The notes beneath the pieces were generated by a model that saw nothing but the letters and a program-made list of their open reading frames with translations, was not told where the DNA came from and made no database searches. A stretch of 64,000 nucleotides of DNA from an uncultured virus (IMG/VR IMGVR_UViG_3300011855_000048) (Duplodnaviria; Heunggongvirae; Uroviricota; Caudoviricetes): IMG/VR virus record IMGVR_UViG_3300011855_000048, positions 1 to 64,000 of that record. The stretch is one strand, 5' to 3'. Made by a program: the position numbers and the translations under genes. The first letter of the stretch is position 1. Every line of letters begins with the position of its first letter. This document shows, in pieces, positions 1-8,400 of the stretch.

Positions 1-420
1 TCAGCCAGCTGCTTTGACGATGTACGTGACTACGCCGAAAATCTCCAGACTGTCCTCTCCACCGATTAATATCGGTTGATAAGAGGGATTTTCTGGCTTG
101 AGCATTACCGCCGGATGAAGCTGCAGTCTTTTCACCGTGAACTCTCCCTCAACGGCTGCAATCACAATATCTCCATGCTCAGCTGTTTTGGCGCTATCAA
201 CCACCAGCAGGTCTCCCTCCCCTATCCCTGCGTCACGCATCGAATCGCCCGCGGCCTTTACAAAGTAGGTTGCGCTGGGATGCCGTATCATCAGCTCATT
301 GAGATCAAGGCGTTGTTCGACGTAGTCCTGCGCCGGGGATGGAAATCCACAAGGCACAAGGTCGGAAAAAAGTGGAAGCGTGACAATTTCGCGCAAATCT
401 GATGGTTTAATGAACTGCAT
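1..420 (-). CDS. umuD: DNA polymerase V subunit UmuD (S24 autopeptidase)
   Basis: ATG at 420 (MQFIKP). Contains the [10 protein letters not shown] cleavage site, GDSM catalytic Ser and FTVKRL catalytic Lys; LexA box upstream. Confidence 0.93.
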   Translation of the reverse strand: MQFIKPSDLREIVTLPLFSDLVPCGFPSPAQDYVEQRLDLNELMIRHPSATYFVKAAGDSMRDAGIGEGDLLVVDSAKTAEHGDIVIAAVEGEFTVKRLQLHPAVMLKPENPSYQPILIGGEDSLEIFGVVTYIVKAAG

Positions 421-437
421 ATCAATTACCGTATAGA

Positions 438-457
438 TACTGAATGCATATACAGTA
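438..457. promoter_or_regulatory. LexA (SOS) box of the umuD promoter
   Basis: TACTGAATGCATATACAGTA fits CTG-N10-CAG, just upstream of umuD. Confidence 0.9.
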
Positions 458-577
458 GTTTTATTGTTTTCAAAGATCAACATCCCAATAGGTGCAAGGC
501 CATTTGGCAGCTTCAACCTACTACCAGACTTTGTTTTTTTACCTTTGTAAATTTCTAGGCTTTTAGATCAGTGCTCT

Positions 578-606
578 TTGACAGTTAGCACCAAAAGGGC
601 TACCGT
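578..606 (+). promoter_or_regulatory. Sigma70 promoter of a two-gene moron
   Basis: TTGACA, 17-bp spacer, TACCGT; the spacer holds an imperfect palindrome TAGCACCAAAAGGGCTA. Confidence 0.65.
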
Positions 607-659
607 TAACCACATGAGGTAGCGGAAAGGCCGCAGCCCACACCCGAAAGGATGAACAA

Positions 660-833
660 ATGAGCAACGAAATGACCCAGGCAGAACTAGCGAAAGTTAA
701 CGCAGAAATTGCAAAGCTGATTGCTGAAACCTCAAAACTCAACAGGGAATCAGCCTGGTATCCGATAGTTGTGGCATCCGGCCTTATCGGCGCGGTCGCT
801 ACCATCACAACGGTACTGCTCAAATTCATTTAA
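660..833 (+). CDS. 57-aa coiled-coil protein with C-terminal transmembrane helix (not in ORF track)
   Basis: Manual translation MSNEMTQAELAKVNAEIAKLIAETSKLNRESAWYPIVVASGLIGAVATITTVLLKFI; AAGGA RBS; promoter upstream and hairpin downstream. Confidence 0.7.
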   Translation: MSNEMTQAELAKVNAEIAKLIAETSKLNRESAWYPIVVASGLIGAVATITTVLLKFI

Positions 834-837
834 CAGG

Positions 838-859
838 AAGCCCCGGAAGGGGCTTTTTG
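838..859 (+). terminator. Terminator-like hairpin between the moron genes
   Basis: AAGCCCC-GGAA-GGGGCTTTTT. Confidence 0.6.
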
Positions 860-870
860 ACAGGTACTCT

Positions 871-1131
871 ATGCGACTCATCAATGATTACACTCCCCCG
901 TCACCGGAAGATTTGGAAAAACTGAAGGAACGGCTGGGCTTTACAGGAAACCAAATGGCGGATTTGGCTGGCGTGGCCAGTAACAGTCAGTGGAGAAAAT
1001 ATACCGGTGGCGCGGAACCACGCGCTATGTCTCCACACATCCTGTTTTTCATGGCTGCACAGCTGGCACTGGATGAGAACGAGTTGACTCGTGTGCTGGC
1101 TAAAATGAAAGAGATAGGTGCATCGCTATAA
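871..1131 (+). CDS. XRE-like HTH transcriptional regulator
   Basis: MRLINDYTPPSPEDLEKLKERLGFTGNQMADLAGVASNSQWRKY shows a helix-turn-helix pattern. Confidence 0.7.
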   Translation: MRLINDYTPPSPEDLEKLKERLGFTGNQMADLAGVASNSQWRKYTGGAEPRAMSPHILFFMAAQLALDENELTRVLAKMKEIGASL

Positions 1132-2373
1132 GCTGCGCTTTTCAAGCTCTTCTACTCGCCGGGCCAACACCTGAATCGCGGAGATTACGTCCATCAGCAG
1201 TACGTTGTTGTCAAGCGTCAGGCGCGAAGTAGTTTTCACATTCTCGGCAGGGGTTTCCGGGCCGCTGCCAGTCGTCATAATGACCTCTTTCACATACTGT
1301 GGATCGATCTCCTGCACCTGCTGCGCGACGATGCCACGCCGCACCCGCTCCTGCTCGTCGTCGGCGTAGACGAACGTTACCAGGTCCATTTTGTTTATGT
1401 TGTCCAGGGACTGCTGGCCGTCGGTTGGTTCGATCTGCTTTTTATACCGGGCATCGGAGGTGCCGTTATACGCTAGCATTCCATTCGGCCCGTACACGTT
1501 GCCGTCATTCATGAATTGCCAGTACCGCACCGGCCCCCCGTACCCCTGCACTCGTAGAACGGCGCGATGGTTGTACCCCACGCTCTCCTCAAACCAAAGA
1601 CCAACACCCGCCAGACCGTTGCTGTCTGACCCTCTGCCGTTAAACTGGCCAACGTACCAGGGCGTTTGTAGGATCGCGCCATTACCTCCGCCAGGGTCAG
1701 CAGCCGATTGAGCCACAATTTGTGTGTTAGACCTAATGGTTTTATTTACTGTCAACCAATCGTTGATCCACATGCTTCTATTTATATTAAGATTGCTACT
1801 CACCGTCAGCGAATCCGCAGAGTCGGCTATTATGCGATGAGTAAAATCGGCAGTTGAGTCGTTGTAGTGGAAGTCAATAAAGGGCGTTGGACCAGTCAAC
1901 TCTACCAGTTTGGCGTATATCCCACCTTGTGATGTCAGAGATCCGTAATTATCTATAAAGGCAACATCAAGCACACTGTCGGAAACTCCAATCTTAGCTC
2001 CCGGTGCCACGGAAAAGGTTACATTCTTGCCTTTACCCATCACTATTTTTGTTGCTGATCCACTTTTCTTAACTATTCCAAGGTCGGAATCCTTTCCCAT
2101 CAGAAACATCGAATTATCACCAGACAGCGTAACGCTTCCGCCGAACATCTGATCTTTTGCCCAGGTGTTTATTGTTGAAGTAGACCCCATCATATTTAAT
2201 GTTGCCAGCAAATATGACCAGCTTTTTATCCTGGCCGTCGCTCCATCGGGCTTGGTTAGTGTTACATCACCAGACGGCCCGAAAAAGAATGAGTCCTGAT
2301 TCGCGAGGTCGGTATAGATTTTGTTAAAACATTTCTGAATGCTTGTGGCTAATTCGTCGCTGATTGTGGCCAT
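1126..2373 (-). CDS. Tail fibre with C-terminal S74 intramolecular chaperone
   Basis: Lies downstream of J; GGAGAGG RBS; contains FIDFHY, the SDARYK autocleavage motif, RGIVAQ and a terminal coiled coil. Confidence 0.85.
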   Translation of the reverse strand: MATISDELATSIQKCFNKIYTDLANQDSFFFGPSGDVTLTKPDGATARIKSWSYLLATLNMMGSTSTINTWAKDQMFGGSVTLSGDNSMFLMGKDSDLGIVKKSGSATKIVMGKGKNVTFSVAPGAKIGVSDSVLDVAFIDNYGSLTSQGGIYAKLVELTGPTPFIDFHYNDSTADFTHRIIADSADSLTVSSNLNINRSMWINDWLTVNKTIRSNTQIVAQSAADPGGGNGAILQTPWYVGQFNGRGSDSNGLAGVGLWFEESVGYNHRAVLRVQGYGGPVRYWQFMNDGNVYGPNGMLAYNGTSDARYKKQIEPTDGQQSLDNINKMDLVTFVYADDEQERVRRGIVAQQVQEIDPQYVKEVIMTTGSGPETPAENVKTTSRLTLDNNVLLMDVISAIQVLARRVEELEKRSL

Positions 2374-2431
2374 AACCTCTCCTGTCATTAATAAAGGGCC
2401 CCACAGGGCCCTTATCTCTCTCAATACAATA

Positions 2432-5400
2432 TCAGGATGACCATCCCCCGGAGCCTCGCGTCATGGTTGCATGAGCTGAAATGATCTGGCATGTTTCATC
2501 AACCCGTATTTCGCAGGGCACGTTGCGGTCATAGATACCACTGAGCGTTGCCTGTATTGGTATATATCTTGATGCTGAGTACTGGACATTGGTTTCAGTT
2601 GTTACTTTCATATGAACAATCTCTATATTATTTATCCATATACCTACCTCCATCGTCTTTCCTCCAATATACCTATACAACATTCCACTCACAGTATATG
2701 TCTTAGCCTGGGAAGCGTCTCCTGAGTCATAATGTACTATGCGCGTTACGCCGTTATTTCTGTCGTCAAATGTAAAATCCGGGAATCGTCCCGAGTTCGA
2801 AATGTCACCGATAAAGTTCCTGGCCTCAACGGTTCCGGTAAATTTACCGTCTGTGGCATTTATCGTTCCGTTAAACACCCCGGAGTCAGCGTGGACCTCC
2901 CCCCGGACTAAGACGTTGTGAAATTCACTTCCCCCGCCCTTCGCAATTCGCCATCCCTGCTGGCGGGGCACGTAGTTTGTGGACTGAATAGTGTCAGATA
3001 TTTTCGCAAAATTGATGCTCGCATCTTTAATCATGGCGCTACGTAAATACGCGGTTGCGCCCTCCACGGCAAACGCCATCACCTGATTACCTGCTGCGCC
3101 GGGCGTGTAGACCCCAAACGTATCTGCAGAGACGAGGAACTGACTCTGGCCACTACCGTTAATGCCCAGCTGAATGCCGGCGACCACCGGAGTGCCACCG
3201 TTCCCCGTAGCAACCTTGACGCCCCACTTCGCCCCGAGCTTGCCGTTGATATCAGCGACCGTTGATGCCGTCTGCTGCACCGTCGCCGACATGTCGCCAT
3301 ATTTCGAGTTCAGCGTGTTGACCTGCTCTGCCGTGGATTTCTCCAGATCCGTGACCGTTTTATTAGTCTGCGTGATAGACGCGCTGTTATCGCCGATCAT
3401 GCTGCGCATCTGGTTAAACCCGTTGGCCATCGCCAGGCCATTCTGAGCCACGGTTTCATTCAGGCCGGTGATTGACGACTCGGCATCATTGACGCGCGAT
3501 GTCAGTTTCGCCAGTGCTGTCGAGTTGGCCGTTACCTGGTCGTCGACGCTGGTAACTTTCGTCGTCAGGCTGGTAAGCGCCGTAGAAGCTGCGTCAGCAG
3601 TTTTCTGCGCGCCGGCGGCATCCGTTACATCGGTGATAACCAGATCATCAATAAACAGGTTGTAGCCAACTCCGCCGCTTGTTCCACGTGTGGAGATCCA
3701 CAGGACGCCACGGGTTTTTCCTCCGGGCAGTGCCGCCGTCCCGGAGAACTTCACCCACCTGTCGCGGCCGCTCAGCGCCGCTTCGGTTACTCTGGTAGCC
3801 TCAATCCACTGGTTAGCGTTCTCCGCGTCCTGCACGTGAATGCCGACGGGCGCGTTCCAGCCTGACGGCGGTGACTCGCCGGCGGGCATCATCGCGTAGA
3901 ACTCAATGCGAAAGACCCCCTGGTCACGAACGGTTGTACGGGTTCCAATAGTCTTGTCGCTGTTGCCTTTGTCACCGCCATCACGGCGAACGCGCAGACA
4001 CTGGCTCCCTGAATACTTATACGCCCGGGTCACCATCGCCGTGGCGCCGCTGAGCGTTGTCCCCTCAGCGTAAGACTCAAAGGAGCCATCAACCCAGAGG
4101 TTTCCGTTCGCTTTGTTGATAGTATCGATGGAGTTCGACAGGCTGGTTACCGCGCCACTTTGCGACGTGATGTCGTTACCCAGCCTGGTAACGCTGGATT
4201 GCAGAGAAGAAATCGCCCCGGCGTTGGCCTGGATGTTCTTCTCGTCAGTGACATCGAGCACGTAGAAATCGTCGAAATACATCGCGCCGGCGGAGAGATA
4301 TGCCGTGACCTGCACATCCAGCGCGTCGTCGCGCGTCGCCTTCCACTCGAAAGAAACCTCCTGCCATGCCTGAGTAAACGGGCCATACTGCCGGGACTCC
4401 ACAAGTCCCCGTGCGTCGGCAATGCGAAACTTGGTGTTGCTGGTATCCTGAATAACGGTGCCTGCATCCTGTTTTGCATAGACGCCAATGCGGTAAACCC
4501 TGCCTTTTCTGAACGTGATTTTCTGACCGATGCCGGCCGCCGCGCCGGAAGAAAATCTGGCGCATCGGCTGCCGAAGTTTCCACCGGTGACGACGGTCAC
4601 CTTTTCATGCCAGGTCGTGTAACCGCCCTGCCCGCGCTCAAACGAGGCGTTAGCAACCATGTTGCCCGGAATATTGCCGTCTGCGTCAGCGCTGGCGTCC
4701 GAGCTGCTCAGCGAATTCTGCAGGCTGGTCAGACTCTGGCCCTGGGCCGTAAGTTTTCCCTCTGCCGCCGTCACGCGGTTTGTCAGCGAGTTCACGGCGC
4801 CGGCATCCGCCTTACCGTCAACCTTTCCCGACAGCCCGCTGAGGGTGCTCTGCAGACTGGTCAGGCTCTGCCCCTGAGAGGTGATCTTCCCCTCGGTGGA
4901 GGTAACGCGCGAGGTCAGGTTGTTGATAGCCGCTGCGTTCGCCGTGACCGCCGCAGTCCTGCGCGTGATGACGGGATTGTAGAGAGAAACGGTCACCGTG
5001 GTGTGCCCGTTGGTCTGCAGGAACGCCGTCGTACATCCCGCCGGCACAACGATCCCGGTTTTCTCAAACCGGTATTTTTCACCGGCAGTGAAGGCGTGGT
5101 CGCCGGTGTAAGCGGTCACGTTGCTGACGCCGGGACCGTCGAAGCGGAGCCCCACGGACAGGCTGGCAGCGGCGCTAACCTGAATACTGACGGCCAGATC
5201 CAGAACGTCCCCGGGAGTTACCTGGAATTTCCCCGATGACGGTTGCCACCCCGTCGTTGAGTAAAGCGCAGGGTAACCGTCAATAGTCGCTGCACCCTGC
5301 TTCGCCCAGCCCTGTCCGTCATTCAGCATATTCGGGTTAGGCACCAGGTTCTCGCCGGCGGTGATGCTGTTGCTCAGTGCCGTGATGCTTTCACCCTGGG

Positions 5401-8400
5401 ACGCCAGCCTGCCTTCTGCGCCCGATACCCGGTTTGTGAGCGAATTCAGCGCCGAGGCGTCAGCCTTATTCTCCACCCTTCCCGACAGGCTGCTCAGGGA
5501 GTTTGTCAGACTGGTCAGGCTCTGCCCCTGGCTTGTTATAGCGCCCTCGGCTGTCGTCACGCGCGTCGTAAGCTCGCTTAATGCACGGGAATTCGCATCC
5601 GTATTTTTGGCCTCGGTTATGTCAACAAGATAAACGTCGTCAATATAGATTTCGCCGGCTGACAGATTAACCAGTATGCCCATGGTCATTTCGCCGTCTT
5701 TTGCCGCCGTATATTCAGCAGAAAATGCATTCCACGCAGTGCCGCTGGCTATTGCGGACGGGTCAAACCGGGCCTCGGCAATGACGGAATTGTCAGCGTA
5801 AGCAAACCTGAATTTATTATTACCCGCACTCCCGGACGCCATCGTGCTCCCGGCCTTAGCCCGAGCAAATCCTCCAAATCTGTACGTCCTCCCTTTTGTC
5901 ACATTAATGGTTGTGGTGGAGGTAATCGAAGTTGACTTCCCGGCCACCACCTTCAGGATTTTACTTCCACTCCGCGGGTTCTCTGCCGTCATAACACTGC
6001 ATACGTCAGATGACCAGGTCCAGCCGCTCATCTCGCGTTCGAATGACCCGTTTGGCACCAGGTTGCCAGGGAGTTTCCCTGACGCATCCATATCGGCCGC
6101 AATACCGCTCAACGAGTTGGATAAACTGGTTACGCTCTCGCTTTGCGACGCAATTTTCCCCTCTGCATTTGAAACCCGGCTTGTCAGCGAGGCCAGCGCC
6201 GAGGCATCGGCTTTATTACCAAGCGCTTTATTAACATCGCCGAGGCTGTTATTCAGCTGAGTAATTAACTGGCCCTGCGATGTCAGGTTCCCCTCTGTCG
6301 CCTCCACGCGCGAATTAAGTACCTGCGATGCGCTGGCGGCAGCGAGCTGGCCAGCGCCGGAGAACATCTTGTCAACGTTGTCAGAGAGTTTCAGGCCCAG
6401 CCGGAAATATGCGTTTCCGGACCACTGCTGGGTCACTACCTCGATAGTGTTCCAGCCTTTTTTGAACGGCAGCGTGACCGCAACTTCCGTCGAGCTGAGT
6501 TTCGCCACGCTGATGCTGTTGATGTAGATCTGACCAGTATCATCCATGACCCGCGAGCCGGGCTTGCAGATCACCTCTTTATCGGCACTGACGTAAACCA
6601 GGGCCTTGAAATATGCGTATACGTTCGAGCCCGCAGATGTAAAATCCAGGCTGGCGGCATCGGCCACCTCAGAAATAGACGCTGGCTGCACGCCTGCCAG
6701 ATCCGACAGCGACGGGATATAAGTTGAGCTGGACGCCCGGATATAGAACAGCTGCTGTACCCAGCAGTTCTTTTTCCCGTTTGTGGCGCTGTTCTGCAAC
6801 TCAGTTATGGCGCTGCCCTGAGTTGACAGCGCGTTACCCTGCTGCGTAACTGTGGTCTGAAGCTGCTGCAGCGCACTGGCATCAGCTTTCTTGGCAAGAT
6901 CGCCCTGCATAGACGACACGTCGCCGCGCAGCTGAGTGATGGCCTGGCTGGCCGTTTCGATCTTTCCTTCGGCTGCATCGACCCTGGTGGTCAGCCCCTG
7001 CAGCGCCGTTGCGCTGGCGTTATCTGCCGGCGCCTCGCTCCACTCAGTAGGAACCGTACCTATTTCCATTTTCGGCGATGAGATGAACACCTCTCGCGCC
7101 GAGCTTACTTTGTAGAGCCGGCCAAAAATGACCTTGGTGCCGCCAATCTGGCCAGGCTTACGCTTCCATTTGACCCAGTAACGAACCCAGTCCAGCGACA
7201 GCATGAGGTCAGTCTTACCGTCCGAACCATTTTCACTGACAGTAACGACTCCCTGGCTGTTTTCACTTCGAATGGTTGCGTTCGGACTGTAAAGAAAGCA
7301 GCTGATCGGGGTTTTATCGGTGCTGGCCTTCGCATAGAACGAGATGACGCAGTCCTCTGCATCAAACGGTGCGGGCAGATCATAGTTAAAATCGATATAG
7401 CTACCGGTGGCATTACTCGCGATGGCCAGCCGCTTTATCGCGTTCCCCTTATAAAGCTGGCCGGAAACGATATCCCCAAATCCCGCGAGTGAACCTGAAT
7501 TCGGGATGAGGTTGGTCCCGCCGACGCGCATGTTATTGAGCGTGCTGGTCAGTCCGGTTAGCGCCTGGCTGTTAGCAGACACGCGCCCGTCAATCGCCGT
7601 AACGCTGGTTTTCAGGCTCTGAATCGCCGAGCTGTTGGCTCCGATCTTGCTGTTCGCGTCCTTGAGCCCGGAATCAAGCTGGGTGAGAGAGTTTGCCTGG
7701 GCCTGATTTTCGCTGGTCAGCGTATCGAGGCGCTGCGTAACTGACGCTTTATTTGCGTTGTAGTCAGTGCGCAGCGTATTCACATCCGACGCTATCGCCT
7801 GCTCCGCTGTCACGCGAGTTTTGCGCTCGTTATACAGCAGGCCACTGACCAGCTTGTTCGGGTCAGTGCCGGTTTCATTACCGCGCAGCTGAACCGCCAA
7901 GGTATTGCGTGCAGCAGCCTCCGCAGCGTCAGCGGACGTCATCGCCGAACGCAGATCCTGGATCTGCGCCTGGCTGGCGCCCGGCGTCGGCCGGCCAACC
8001 GCTAACCAGTCGACGGCAAAATAATTCTTTGCGTCCTGGTTAGTGGAAAAGTCAAAGCGAAGCCGGCGAATAGTCCCGGAAGCCCCCCACCGGATATCCG
8101 CAATCGACAGCACCGTCAGACCCGTGGCCGGGTCGAACGCTGGTTCATCGACGATCAGTCGGCGGGTATCAGCCCAGCCTGTTTCATCAGCGCCGATCCA
8201 GTACATGGCGCCACGCCAGACAGGATTACCCACGCGCTGAATACGCAGGCGCAGGTATTTGTAAGCAGTGCCATCAATGGCCAGCGGATTCGGTGAGCGC
8301 ATCGTTGACGAGCTACCAGCTGGTAGTACCCATCCCTCATCGGTCGTGGGCAGGAGAGAGTTTCCGGTATCATCGGTGCTCCAGCCCTCCGGGCCGTTAT

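Noticed and set aside
572..583. boxA-like TGCTCTTTGACA
   Set aside because: Overlaps a -35 hexamer upstream of the predicted start site, so it is better explained as promoter sequence.
4160..5239. 359-aa plus-strand ORF
   Set aside because: Antisense shadow in a GC-rich part of J.
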